Shown: piece by piece, positions 1 through 9,466 of the stretch
Layout of the letters: the number at the start of each line of letters is the position of its first letter
Position numbering within the stretch: the stretch's first letter is position 1
Assembly: GCA_963783885.1 (NCBI GenBank)
Contig: CAWAPJ010000014.1
Coordinates: 1 to 54,216 of the forward strand
Direction: 5' to 3'
Source: Waddliaceae bacterium
Lineage (GTDB): Bacteria > Chlamydiota > Chlamydiia > Chlamydiales > SLFE01
Length of the DNA stretch: 54,216 nt
Translations under genes and position numbers: made by a program
The notes under the pieces: generated by a model
Databases searched by the model: none
Told to the model about the DNA's origin: nothing
Seen by the model: only the letters and a program-made list of their open reading frames with translations

Positions 1-61
1 AAAAGCCGCCATTCATGCGAGCTAGGAAAAACTTTTTGCAATTCAATCATTACTAATTTTC

Positions 62-1262
62 CTCTGTACTGGACAAAAAATGATTTGATAAAAAAATGTC
101 GCTGATGAGATTGTAACTCGTTGAAAACCAAATCTAGCGAGGTACATTTATGAATCACATCAGCGAACTAAGAACCATTCTAGCCAATTTTTTCAATTGG
201 AACAAGGCCAGAATCACTTGCTTGACCCACATCGTCCAAGCTCTGTTTTGCGTGCGGACCATCAACCTGGCACAAATCGCGACGGCATTCCAAACAGATT
301 GTAAAGAAGAGTCTGCTTATCGCAGGATATGCAGATTCTTTACTGACTTCTCATTTGACTTCAGTTGTATAGCCCCTTTCATCCTTAAATTGTTTCCCCT
401 GGATCAGAAATGTACGCTCATCCTTGATCGGACGAACTGGAAGTGGGGCAAGACCCCGATTAACATATTGATGCTCTCAATCGCCTATAAAGGGATCAGC
501 ATCCCTTTTTTCTGGTCTGTATTAGACTTGGAAGGTAACTCATCCACACACGACCGAGTGTCGCTGCTCAAGCGCACTCTCAAAAAGTTTTCACCCGAGA
601 AAATCGAAGCTTTTACTGCTGATCGAGAATTTATTGGCGAAGATTGGTTTCTTTTCTTGATAGACGCACGTATTCCATTCGTTATTCGTGTGAAGGGCTC
701 GTATAAGATTTTCGAGCTAGACTCTGATGAATCGATTTCCATTCATCAAATCCTGAAACGTTATGGAAGAAGAAAAAAAGTCCTCAATGTCCCGGTAGAG
801 CTATGGGGGCTGCAGCTGTATTTATCCTTCCGGAAAGTCAAAAAAGGTTCGAAAGAGCCCATGATTGTGATTTCGAATCATGACTTTGAAGATGCGTTAG
901 CGGTCTACAAAAGGCGATGGGAAATAGAGACGCTTTTTGGGTGTCTTAAAAGTCGCGGCTTTCGCATGGAGGATACTTATGTAACCGATCCGGATAAGAT
1001 CGAGAAAATCCTCTTTGTCTTGGCTATCGCCTTCTGCTGGGCCTATAGAACGGGTGAAATCCAGTCCAAGATCACCCCCATTCGGAAGAAATCCCATGGG
1101 AGAAAGAGTAAAAGCATATTTCGACTGGGACTGGATATAATTCGGAGGGCTCTCATGAATCTCGGGTCTAATATTAATGAAATCAAACAGATACTGTGGC
1201 CTTTAGCCTGCTTAGAAAGAGGAGGTTGTCATGTGTGAAATAATTTTTTGTCCAGTACAGAG
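62..1262 (+). mobile_element. IS4-family insertion sequence with 25-bp terminal inverted repeats
   Basis: CTCTGTACTGGACAAAAAATGATTT (62-86) matches the reverse complement of 1238-1262 at 24/25 and encloses a transposase ORF. No clear target duplication. Confidence 0.9.
150..1238 (+). CDS. IS4-family DDE transposase
   Basis: 362 aa with ILDRTNW, ADREF and the YKRRWEIE (YREK-like) motif. Confidence 0.92.
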   Translation: MNHISELRTILANFFNWNKARITCLTHIVQALFCVRTINLAQIATAFQTDCKEESAYRRICRFFTDFSFDFSCIAPFILKLFPLDQKCTLILDRTNWKWGKTPINILMLSIAYKGISIPFFWSVLDLEGNSSTHDRVSLLKRTLKKFSPEKIEAFTADREFIGEDWFLFLIDARIPFVIRVKGSYKIFELDSDESISIHQILKRYGRRKKVLNVPVELWGLQLYLSFRKVKKGSKEPMIVISNHDFEDALAVYKRRWEIETLFGCLKSRGFRMEDTYVTDPDKIEKILFVLAIAFCWAYRTGEIQSKITPIRKKSHGRKSKSIFRLGLDIIRRALMNLGSNINEIKQILWPLACLERGGCHV

Positions 1263-1390
1263 CTTCTAATTAGAACTTACGCAACAAGGCCATGTGCAAT
1301 TCAAAAAAACAAGGAGACCGCAATAAAATATACTACCACAAATTCTTATAAAAATCAATAACGACATTTCTATTTTGCATTGGCAACAAA

Positions 1391-1417
1391 TAAGGTTTAG
1401 GTACCAATCAGGGTCTT
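1391..1417. mobile_element. Isolated IS982-type terminal repeat (remnant end)
   Basis: TAAGGTTTAGGTACCAATCAGGGTCTT matches 25250-25276 (right end of the IS982 element) at 26/27. Confidence 0.75.
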
Positions 1418-1974
1418 TAGCTCTTGAATAATTCGCTTTTGAGCAAAGCTTCCATATCCAAAGTGATGAGAATATCATCTGCTACCACCAAGCCGCCGCT
1501 TTCCATACGAGAGTTCCAACTGACTTTGAAATCCTGCCTGTTGAGAACCACATGGCCTGTAAACCCGATTCTTGTGACGGAAAACATCGTTTCCGCATCG
1601 ACCCAATAGGGAGTCTTCCACTTGCCAAGGTATTGCAATGGCAGTGTTATTTGCTTGGTAATTCCCCGAATTTGAAGGTCTCCTGTGACTTTGTAGTCGA
1701 CAGCTCCGATTCTTTCGGATTGTTTACTTTGAAATGTAATTGCCGGATAATTTTCCACATCAAAAAAATCAGGGCTTTTAAGATGCTTGTCGCGAGCCTC
1801 CTCACCGGTCCAAAGCTTGTTTGTATCGATGTTCATGTTGAGAGAAAGTCGATTCTCGTCAAATTCCAACTCCCCATGAATATCCTTAAAATGCCCTCTC
1901 ACCCAAGTCACCATCATATGCTTGGCACGAAATTCCGCTCCGGTATGACCCGGTTCTAAAACCCATTCTGACAT
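1417..1974 (-). CDS. YceI-family polyisoprenoid-binding protein
   Basis: W.LEPGHT..EF.AKHMM, VRGHF, RDKHLKSPDFFDVENYPAITF and LNRQDF motifs. Confidence 0.9.
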   Translation of the reverse strand: MSEWVLEPGHTGAEFRAKHMMVTWVRGHFKDIHGELEFDENRLSLNMNIDTNKLWTGEEARDKHLKSPDFFDVENYPAITFQSKQSERIGAVDYKVTGDLQIRGITKQITLPLQYLGKWKTPYWVDAETMFSVTRIGFTGHVVLNRQDFKVSWNSRMESGGLVVADDILITLDMEALLKSELFKS

Positions 1975-1986
1975 AAAGCCTCTCCT

Positions 1987-2847
1987 TTATTCCTGAAGCC
2001 TGGCAAGAAGCCGACTTTTCAACTCGTCCGGTACTTCGCGAACAATCAGTTCGATTTTACCGCCCTCCCCGATCATAAACATTGTCGGAAATCCCGACAC
2101 CTTGAAAAGCTTCCGAATCTTTCCCTCCCCATCCTCCAGCCACTCAAGGGCCGAAGAGCTTTGCAAAAGCTCCGGTGTAAGCGTTGGACAAACGTTGATG
2201 AAGCGGTAGGAGCCGCCGGAAAACTCGCTCGCCACAGAGCTTAAAATGGGAAGCTGTTCTTTGCAATAGGGACAATCCTTTGAGATAAAATTGAGAATCA
2301 CTCTTCTGCCATCAAAGCTGCCTGCCATAAATTCCTTAGGCGCTACGTCGCCTTCATTTAAACCCGAGCTCAAGTTGTTGTTGATCTTGAAGCCATAAGC
2401 CATAAATGTGAGGTTAAGGCTGCTGAACAAGGCGATCACGGAAATCGGCGCCAAAGCAGTTAGATAGAGGCGTTCTTGCATATTGAGTCTGCTTTCATCT
2501 TTTGTCTTGGATGGACAGAATACCCAAATCATCCAAATCGCAATGTTGCATGCGTGAGCGATGAGGCATGCCGGGCACCAATGAGGCAACCCAGCGTAAG
2601 TCAGGGCGGCAGCAAGTGAAACAGCCCAGGTCAATCCGCTTCGGGACACTCTTTTTCCGGGAAATGTAGGAAAGAGAAGGGAGACTGCAAAAAGCAGGCC
2701 AAAATAGCAAGACCCGATAAGCGCCAGGTAAGGATCGACAGAAAAGCAGGAGCGGCACTTTATGCCGGAAATTTCCGGCAGCTTCAAAAACAGCGCGGCA
2801 AGCGCCAAAATGGCAAAAACTGAAACAAAATAACGAGGAAATTTCAT
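1987..2847 (-). CDS. Membrane protein with VKOR-like N-terminal domain fused to a C-terminal thioredoxin/TlpA-like domain
   Basis: Several TM helices with CRSC and WCPAC motifs, then LNFISKDCPYC and VSGFPT (cis-Pro). ATG at 2847 overlaps the upstream TGA (ATGA). Confidence 0.7.
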   Translation of the reverse strand: MKFPRYFVSVFAILALAALFLKLPEISGIKCRSCFSVDPYLALIGSCYFGLLFAVSLLFPTFPGKRVSRSGLTWAVSLAAALTYAGLPHWCPACLIAHACNIAIWMIWVFCPSKTKDESRLNMQERLYLTALAPISVIALFSSLNLTFMAYGFKINNNLSSGLNEGDVAPKEFMAGSFDGRRVILNFISKDCPYCKEQLPILSSVASEFSGGSYRFINVCPTLTPELLQSSSALEWLEDGEGKIRKLFKVSGFPTMFMIGEGGKIELIVREVPDELKSRLLARLQE

Positions 2848-3428
2848 TCGTCTATTTGGCACCATTTCACCGGAGACTTATCCAAGCCAAGCGACTCGGT
2901 TAAAAAAGCGCTCGATTTGTTGTTCCCCTCCACTGGCGCCCCGGACCAGTAGCCGGTTTTGCAGGTCGAAGGGTCGCAATCTCCGCCAAGAATCACCCAC
3001 TCCCCCGATCTCTCCACGTCGCAGAGACAGATGGCCTTTTTAGGGTTGGCGGGATCGACCGTGCACCGCTTGTTCAGGCAATTAGTCTAAGGTGTTTTGT
3101 CCGGACATTTCATTGCCTTTTTCCCATCTGCATATTGCTTGAAAGAATACGTGGAATAAACCGTTCGAATGCCGTTTTCGTCGGTTGAGGGTTTAAGGGA
3201 ATCGCAGTCTGCGGTGGCCAGGCTGGATCCCTCCTCCACATCGCAGCTGCAAATCGCTTTGGTCGGATCTCCTGGCTGAGGCACGCAGTGGGCCGATGTA
3301 CAAAGCGCATACTGCTGATTGCAAATGCGCATTTCTCCATTGCTTTCTTTGCTATAGCCAAGCGATAGTGCCAAAACGCCTGCCACGGGCACTATATAGG
3401 TCATCGCAGATGACAAAATACCATTCAT
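2844..3428 (-). pseudogene. Cys-rich secreted protein interrupted by an in-frame TAG at 3087-3089
   Basis: The frame continues past the TAG (CPDKTP*TNCLNKRCTVDPANPKKAICLCDVE...WCQIDE) to a TGA at 2844-2846. 14 Cys, an internal two-fold repeat and a hydrophobic N-terminus. Confidence 0.75.
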
Positions 3429-3502
3429 ACCGATACCCTTTAAAAAATTAAATAATCAGCCTGATTTATAGACATATAAAATATAGTTTGTCAAGAGGCA
3501 TT

Positions 3503-3662
3503 GTAAGCATTCGGCCATCTGCGTCCCTAGAGAACGCAGCCCGGGCAAAGGGCTGCAAGGCGTCCGATGCAGACAACCCCACATAGGGTTGTCGAAGCAG
3601 GACAACGAAGCAGACCGAAGCCCCGGCAAGTTATCTGGGGACGCAGATGGCCGAATGCTTAC
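3503..3662. repeat. 160-bp palindromic MITE-like element
   Basis: Perfect 25-bp IR (3503-3527 / 3638-3662), central GACAAC-loop-GTTGTC hairpin, flanked by a 7/8 direct repeat (GAGGCATT / GAGGAATT). Confidence 0.8.
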
Positions 3663-3725
3663 GAGGAATTTAGCTCCCCCTTTCTTCGTTGACATTAAAA
3701 TTTAAGACGTTTACAAAACTTGTTT

Positions 3726-3968
3726 ATGTGTCTGGGCATTCCGGGAAAAATCGAATCTATCGATCAGTGCAGCGATCCAATGAGGCTTGGAACAGTAAGC
3801 TTCGGCGGTCTGAAAAAACAGGTCGTTTTAGCTTATGTTCCCGAAGCAAAAGTTGGCGATTACGTGATTGTCCACGTCGGGTTTGCCATCAGCAAAATCA
3901 ACGAAGAAGAAGCCAAAAGAGTCTTTGAATATTTGGAAGAAATCGGAGAGCTGGATGAAATATATTGA
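3726..3968 (+). CDS. hypC: [NiFe]-hydrogenase chaperone HypC
   Basis: Starts MCLGIPG; contains [13 protein letters not shown]. Confidence 0.95.
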   Translation: MCLGIPGKIESIDQCSDPMRLGTVSFGGLKKQVVLAYVPEAKVGDYVIVHVGFAISKINEEEAKRVFEYLEEIGELDEIY

Positions 3969-5043
3969 CGAGTACCGCGATGCCGATACGCTAAAAAGAT
4001 ACCTATCTCTTATCGAAAAGACAGCAAAACATCCCTGGACAATTATGGAGGTGTGCGGCGGGCAGACCCACTCGATTGTCAAGTACCGCCTTCAGGATGT
4101 TTTGCCGGAAAATGTTCGGCTGGTTCACGGTCCGGGCTGTCCGGTTTGCGTCACTTCGCTGGAACTGATCGACAAGGCAATTGCTATCGCCTCATTGCCA
4201 AATGTCACCTTCTGCTCTTTCGGCGATATGCTAAGAGTTCCTGGAAGCAAATCCAATCTGCTGAAAGCAAAAGCCGAAGGGGCCGATGTCCGCATCCTGT
4301 ACTCGCCGCTCGACGCCCTTAAGCTGGCAAAAGAGATGCCTGACCGCGAGATTGTTTTTCTGGGAGTGGGTTTTGAAACGACAGCCCCTGCCATTGGGAT
4401 GACCATTTACCTAGCAAAAAAGGAGAATCTTAAAAACTTTTCCGTCCTCATTTCACACTTCCTCGTTCCTCCTGCCATGGAGGCGGTTCTCAGCTCCCCG
4501 AAATGCGTCGTTCAGGGATTTTTGGCCGCCGGCCATGTCTGCACTGTGATGGGTTTTGAAGAATACCCTCCGATCAGTAAAAAATACCGCGTGCCGATCG
4601 TGGTGACCGGTTTTGAACCTCTTGATATTGTGCAGGGCCTGTATATGTGCGTCAAACAACTGGAAGAGGGGCGGGCGGAAGTGGAAAATCAATATGCAAG
4701 ATCGGTCAGAAAAGAAGGAAATGCCGAGGCGCTGAAAATTTTAAAATCGGTCTTCAAAGTTGTCCCCCGAAAATGGCGGGGGATTGGAGAAATTGGAAGC
4801 AGCGGACTCGGCCTATCAGACGCCTATACAGACTTTGACGCGGAGCTCCGATTCAATGTAGAGAGCGTCGCGATGGATGAAAATCCCGCCTGCATCAGCG
4901 CCGAAGTTTTGCAGGGCTTTAAAAAACCGCATGACTGCCCTGCATTTGGAAAAGAATGCACTCCGGAAAATCCTTTGGGCGCTCCGATGGTTTCTACAGA
5001 AGGAGCCTGCTCGGCCTATTACCGCTATCAGGGTGCCGGATGA
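3955..5043 (+). CDS. hypD: Hydrogenase maturation protein HypD
   Basis: [21 protein letters not shown] and PMVSTEGAC motifs. Start reassigned to ATG 3955. Confidence 0.96.
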   Translation: MKYIDEYRDADTLKRYLSLIEKTAKHPWTIMEVCGGQTHSIVKYRLQDVLPENVRLVHGPGCPVCVTSLELIDKAIAIASLPNVTFCSFGDMLRVPGSKSNLLKAKAEGADVRILYSPLDALKLAKEMPDREIVFLGVGFETTAPAIGMTIYLAKKENLKNFSVLISHFLVPPAMEAVLSSPKCVVQGFLAAGHVCTVMGFEEYPPISKKYRVPIVVTGFEPLDIVQGLYMCVKQLEEGRAEVENQYARSVRKEGNAEALKILKSVFKVVPRKWRGIGEIGSSGLGLSDAYTDFDAELRFNVESVAMDENPACISAEVLQGFKKPHDCPAFGKECTPENPLGAPMVSTEGACSAYYRYQGAG

Positions 5044-6065
5044 CGATTACATGCCCCCTCACGAATCAAACCGAAGAAAAAGTGCTTTTAGCCCACGGCA
5101 GCGGCGGCAGCCTGACAGCAAAACTGATCGACAATATCTTTCTCCCCGCCTTCGGCAGCTCTGCCGATGTTCTGCATGATGGAGCCTTCTTGAAAATCGG
5201 CAGCCAGGAGCTGGCCTTCACAACCGACTCTTATGTCGTCCGCCCTCTCTTTTTTCCTGGAGGCAATATTGGAGACCTAGCCGTATATGGCACTGTTAAC
5301 GATCTTGCCATGTGCGGCGCCCGTCCACTCTATTTGAGCTGCGCTTTTATTTTGGAAGAGGGTTTTGAAATTGACCGGTTGAAACAGATTGTCTGCAGCA
5401 TGAAAAGTGCCGCCGACGCCGCAAAAGTCAAGCTGGTCACCGGAGATACTAAAGTCATCGAGAATGCCCGTGGAGACAGCGTTTATATCAACACTTCCGG
5501 AGTCGGGATCATTGAAAAACAAAAAATGGCTCCGCAAAATATCCGTGCAGGCGACCTCATTCTGGTCAGCGGAGATATAGGCAGGCATGGAACCGCTGTC
5601 ATGTCTGTCAGGGAGGGATTGACCTTTGAATCCGAAATTGAAAGCGACACCTGCGAGCTCTCCTCGACAGTTCAGGCATTGCTCCAGGAAGCTGTTGAGA
5701 TACATTGCCTCCGCGACCTGACGCGCGGCGGCCTCGCCACCGCCCTTGTCGAACTGGCCGAAGCTTCGGGCTTGGGCTTCGACATTGACGAAGGCTCTGT
5801 TCCCGTTGACGGAGCAGTCAGAGGAGCCTGCGAGTTTTTAGGGCTGGATCCTTTTTACGTCGCCTGCGAAGGGCGCATGATCGCCTTCACTGCTTCCGGC
5901 GATGCAGATCGGGCTCTTGACATGATGAAATCCTGCGGACAGCTTCCGAAAATTATCGGAAGCGTCACTCAAGATCATCCCTCTCAAGTCACGGCAAAAA
6001 CTTTTATCGGCACAAAGCGCATCCTTGACCGCCTATCCGGGGATCAACTCCCACGTATCTGTTAG
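5040..6065 (+). CDS. hypE: Hydrogenase maturation protein HypE
   Basis: [21 protein letters not shown] and C-terminal PRIC. ATGA overlap with hypD. Confidence 0.96.
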   Translation: MTITCPLTNQTEEKVLLAHGSGGSLTAKLIDNIFLPAFGSSADVLHDGAFLKIGSQELAFTTDSYVVRPLFFPGGNIGDLAVYGTVNDLAMCGARPLYLSCAFILEEGFEIDRLKQIVCSMKSAADAAKVKLVTGDTKVIENARGDSVYINTSGVGIIEKQKMAPQNIRAGDLILVSGDIGRHGTAVMSVREGLTFESEIESDTCELSSTVQALLQEAVEIHCLRDLTRGGLATALVELAEASGLGFDIDEGSVPVDGAVRGACEFLGLDPFYVACEGRMIAFTASGDADRALDMMKSCGQLPKIIGSVTQDHPSQVTAKTFIGTKRILDRLSGDQLPRIC

Positions 6066-6074
6066 TGCTTCATC

Positions 6075-6215
6075 GAGCTTAATTTGACAATATCTTACCA
6101 CATCTTTTTCCTTCTTGCTTTGCGCTTGCCCTCGACAACTTTTTTAAGTTGTCTTCGGTCTCCGCACTTTTCAAGAAGGAAAAAATCTGCGGCAATCTAT
6201 TATCAAATTAAGCTC
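6075..6215. repeat. ~140-bp palindromic element between convergent genes
   Basis: GAGCTTAATTTGA...TCAAATTAAGCTC ends, inner TTTTTCCTTCTTG/CAAGAAGGAAAAA stem and a central GACAAC-loop-GTTGTC. Confidence 0.75.
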
Positions 6216-6891
6216 AATGAATCACTAGCCAAAAAAATCCTACACCTATAGCAAATGCCGAAAAAGAGATTTGTATCCATTTGAAGGATTTGGAAAATTT
6301 GTCAAAGCACCGCTTGACAAAGATGCCGATAAGCCAGGCAAAACCCGCCATAGCGATGATTGTACCGACTCCAAAACCGCCAACGTAAGCGATAGCATCG
6401 TTTGCAGTTGGAAGTGCGAGCGCGGGGAGGATCGCGAGAAAATGCGAGCTGCCGGCTAGACCGTGAAGCAAACCGATGCCCAAAGATGTGTGACTATGCC
6501 TGTGATCATGAGGCGCACTTCCACTGTGAACGTGGAAATGAGCATGCCGAATTCCACCGTGTTCATGAACATGATAATGGAGTCTTGATCCAAATGCTTT
6601 TTTCAAACCCCAAATACCTAGACCGATCAGAACAATTCCGACAGAACGCTCTCCCCAAAGCGACATCTTCTCAAGCGGAATTATTTCGCGGATAAAGAAA
6701 ATAAGAAGTCCGATTAGCCAAACACTGCCGGTATGGCCGATTCCCCACCACAGCCCAATCTTCCAACTTTTAACGGGTTTATCCGCAGTCAGCGGAGCAA
6801 TTGCCGCCAAATGATCGGGACCAGTCAGAACATGAGCAATTCCCGCAATAATTCCGGTAAAAATAATGACGACAAGACTAAGGTATTGCAT
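6214..6891 (-). CDS. His-rich nickel transporter (UreH/NicO-like membrane protein)
   Basis: HVLTGPDHLAA, WGIGHT, a His-rich loop and GLLHGLAGS; adjacent to hyp genes. Confidence 0.82.
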   Translation of the reverse strand: MQYLSLVVIIFTGIIAGIAHVLTGPDHLAAIAPLTADKPVKSWKIGLWWGIGHTGSVWLIGLLIFFIREIIPLEKMSLWGERSVGIVLIGLGIWGLKKAFGSRLHYHVHEHGGIRHAHFHVHSGSAPHDHRHSHTSLGIGLLHGLAGSSHFLAILPALALPTANDAIAYVGGFGVGTIIAMAGFAWLIGIFVKRCFDKFSKSFKWIQISFSAFAIGVGFFWLVIH

Positions 6892-6922
6892 AATTATACA
6901 ATCTCCTTTAAAAATCGTTTTC

Positions 6923-7942
6923 ATGTTACCACAAGAGATCTATTCTTATCAGGGAATTTTTGAACAGATTCAATCACCACAGGCTGGCAGATGGGAACCG
7001 CAATGGAAAATTGAGATTGATGATTCATTAATTCTGGGTATAAAAACTATTCAGGTCTTATCGGAAAAAGGCTTCAATCAAATGAGAGTCATGACCGCTT
7101 ATCCTAAAGCCGGGGAAAGACGATTTTGGTGGTCCCCTATTGGAAAAAGGTTTCTTAACTACAGCAAAACATCCCGGGGATTGCTGCTGATATATGCCAA
7201 TAAGAAGACAGCTTCCCTCCTGGACATGGAGACGGGAAGGACCCTGAAAGAAATCCAACTTCCCTGTTCGATTGTCACCTCGAGGGACAGATTGCATATA
7301 ACCCCGTCGGGAACCTGTTATTTTATGACAATGGCCAATATGACAAGAACTCTTTATATCAAAAATATCGATGATAGAGAGTGGACAATACATGAGACAC
7401 CTCCCGGATTCATCCATTTTTACGATGAGTTCGCCTGTTTTAAATGCGAAGCACAGAAAACTCAATATCTGATCGACAAAACAGGAACAAGTCACCCGTT
7501 TCCCAATTGCCGCGATATTCAAATCGTCGATAGAAAACTTTATAAAGCCATGAGAGATTCGGAAAGCACGCTATTGTCAGTGCACAAAATTTTGAAAAAC
7601 TCGAATTTTACATTAGAAGATTCTATTCACAGCGTATCCTTTTCCTCTCGCAACATTCAAGTCCTCGAATTTCTCGGCAACAATCTTTGCCTGATTCTCC
7701 ATAACGGATTTCTAACACTCATCGATATCAAATCAAGAAAGATCCGAAAATTGCAGAGGTTTATTCCCTTTCACTCCAAGTATCTGACAAATCGAAAAAC
7801 TAAAACCGTCTGGTGCCTGACAGAAGACAATATTCTCAGAAAACATACAATAAATGAATCAGTAGAAGCGGCAAGGCTAAACACCAAAAAAACACTCTTG
7901 CTTCATGTAGATGAAGATGAACGCCTTTATTATCTAAGTTAG
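6923..7942 (+). CDS. Hypothetical protein (beta-rich, start uncertain)
   Basis: ~340-aa open frame with no recognisable motif. Confidence 0.55.
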   Translation: MLPQEIYSYQGIFEQIQSPQAGRWEPQWKIEIDDSLILGIKTIQVLSEKGFNQMRVMTAYPKAGERRFWWSPIGKRFLNYSKTSRGLLLIYANKKTASLLDMETGRTLKEIQLPCSIVTSRDRLHITPSGTCYFMTMANMTRTLYIKNIDDREWTIHETPPGFIHFYDEFACFKCEAQKTQYLIDKTGTSHPFPNCRDIQIVDRKLYKAMRDSESTLLSVHKILKNSNFTLEDSIHSVSFSSRNIQVLEFLGNNLCLILHNGFLTLIDIKSRKIRKLQRFIPFHSKYLTNRKTKTVWCLTEDNILRKHTINESVEAARLNTKKTLLLHVDEDERLYYLS

Positions 7943-8962
7943 CACGATTTTCCCAACAGTGCTTCCCGTTTCAAGAGCTTTGTGCGCCTCTGCTGCCCCT
8001 TCAAACGGATAAACCGTTGTTTGCAAAGGATGGATTTTTCCCTCCTCAAAGAAACTAAGCAGTTTTTCGGTTATTTCTTTAAAGAGGTCTATTTTATCGA
8101 AAAGGTAGCTCAAGTTAAACGCTAAAACGCTATGGTTGTCACTTGTCATTGTTAATGGGTTGAAACGGGGCGTGCGGAGGTAGTCCCAAAAAACTTTGAG
8201 CCAGTTAGGCGTACCCCTTCCCTTTGTGAGCATCGTGTGAAAACCGTAAATGACCAGCTTTCCCATAGGAGCAAGATGCCCATAGCTTTGCTTCAAGGTT
8301 GCAGCGCCGTTCGGATCCATGATGATATCATAGCCGCCGGGGGAAAACTCTTCGGCTTTTTTCCACAGGTCTTCGCTCGATTTGTCAATCACCGCATCTG
8401 CCCCAAGAGCTTTTACGTACTCGACTTTGTGCGAAGATCCGACGACGCCGGCCACGCGGCACCCCGCAGCCTTTCCCAGCTGAACGAGGGCGCTTCCGAC
8501 GCCCCCGGCGGCCGAATGGACGAGAAGTGCTTCTCCCGATCGGGGATGCGCCAGTTCATGAAGGGCAAAATAAGCCGTTAGGAAAACTGTCGGAAATCCC
8601 GCCCCCTGAACAAAATCCAGCGTTTCCGGCAAAGGGAAAACATTGGATGCGGGAACAGCAATCTGGGTCGCATAGCCGCCAAAACGGGTGGCCGCGATCA
8701 CCCTGTCGCCCGGTCTGCAGCGGGCAACCCCCTCTCCCACTTCCCTGACGATGCCGGAAATCTCAAAGCCGGGAGTAATCGGCCAGCCGACAAATTCTTT
8801 TGCCGATTGATATACCCCCATTCTCACAAGGCAGTCGGCAAAATTCACCCCTGCCGCCTTCACATCGATGAGGACTTCTCCCGCTTTTACCGACAGATCG
8901 GGAAATTCTTTGATCAGAAGACGCTCGTAGCCGCCAGGTTTTTCAATGACAATTTTCTTCAT
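7934..8962 (-). CDS. MDR-family NAD(P)H quinone oxidoreductase (VAT-1-like)
   Basis: AAGVNFAD, TPGFE, VHSAAGGVG and STVGKIVL. Confidence 0.9.
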   Translation of the reverse strand: MKKIVIEKPGGYERLLIKEFPDLSVKAGEVLIDVKAAGVNFADCLVRMGVYQSAKEFVGWPITPGFEISGIVREVGEGVARCRPGDRVIAATRFGGYATQIAVPASNVFPLPETLDFVQGAGFPTVFLTAYFALHELAHPRSGEALLVHSAAGGVGSALVQLGKAAGCRVAGVVGSSHKVEYVKALGADAVIDKSSEDLWKKAEEFSPGGYDIIMDPNGAATLKQSYGHLAPMGKLVIYGFHTMLTKGRGTPNWLKVFWDYLRTPRFNPLTMTSDNHSVLAFNLSYLFDKIDLFKEITEKLLSFFEEGKIHPLQTTVYPFEGAAEAHKALETGSTVGKIVLT

Positions 8963-9002
8963 TTGTATTTACAATACAGTAAAACATTATTTTGGAGAAA
9001 TT

Positions 9003-9422
9003 ATGACTTTCAGAATTTGGATATTGAGACTAGCCCTTCTGGTTATCGGGTTGGTTTTTATTTTCGGCATTTATCCCGCCATGCTTTATTGGCCTTCGGG
9101 ATGGCTGTGGGAGCCAAGACAAGTCGACTACGAGTTTATGATCTTGGGGATCTACGCGACTCTTGGCGTCTTTTTGCTTTGGGCAGTTGTCAATCCTCTC
9201 GAGCACAAAAGCCTGATCTGGTTTACCGTCTGGTCAAGCGGTGTTCACGCTTCGATAATGCTTTTTGAAGCGCTTATCGTCAGAAATGAGTATGGCCATT
9301 TGATTGGAGACATTCCGGCCCTTTATCTGGTTGCCCTCATTCTGGGTTTTCTCATGCCCAGAAAATGCCGCTTAGAGCCTCCGCAGGAAGAGGTTGAGGA
9401 TTCAACAAAATCCGTTTACTAA
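9003..9422 (+). CDS. Small four-TM membrane protein (DUF6632-like)
   Basis: WPSGW, MILGIYATLGVFLL..P.EHKSLIWFT.WSS.VH and HLIGDIPAL. Confidence 0.7.
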   Translation: MTFRIWILRLALLVIGLVFIFGIYPAMLYWPSGWLWEPRQVDYEFMILGIYATLGVFLLWAVVNPLEHKSLIWFTVWSSGVHASIMLFEALIVRNEYGHLIGDIPALYLVALILGFLMPRKCRLEPPQEEVEDSTKSVY

Positions 9423-9466
9423 AATTAAAACTCTAGATAAACTCCCACTTTTTTAAGGAGTTTGTT

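Noticed and set aside
50-1275. Target-site duplication around the IS4 element
   Set aside because: The flanks (ACTAATTTTC / CTTCTAATTA) do not form a convincing direct repeat.
3503-3662. Metal-sensing riboswitch upstream of hypC
   Set aside because: A single long perfect IR with flanking direct repeats fits a MITE; I recognise no riboswitch consensus.
3456-3695. 79-aa minus-strand ORF
   Set aside because: Spans the palindromic element; no protein-like features.
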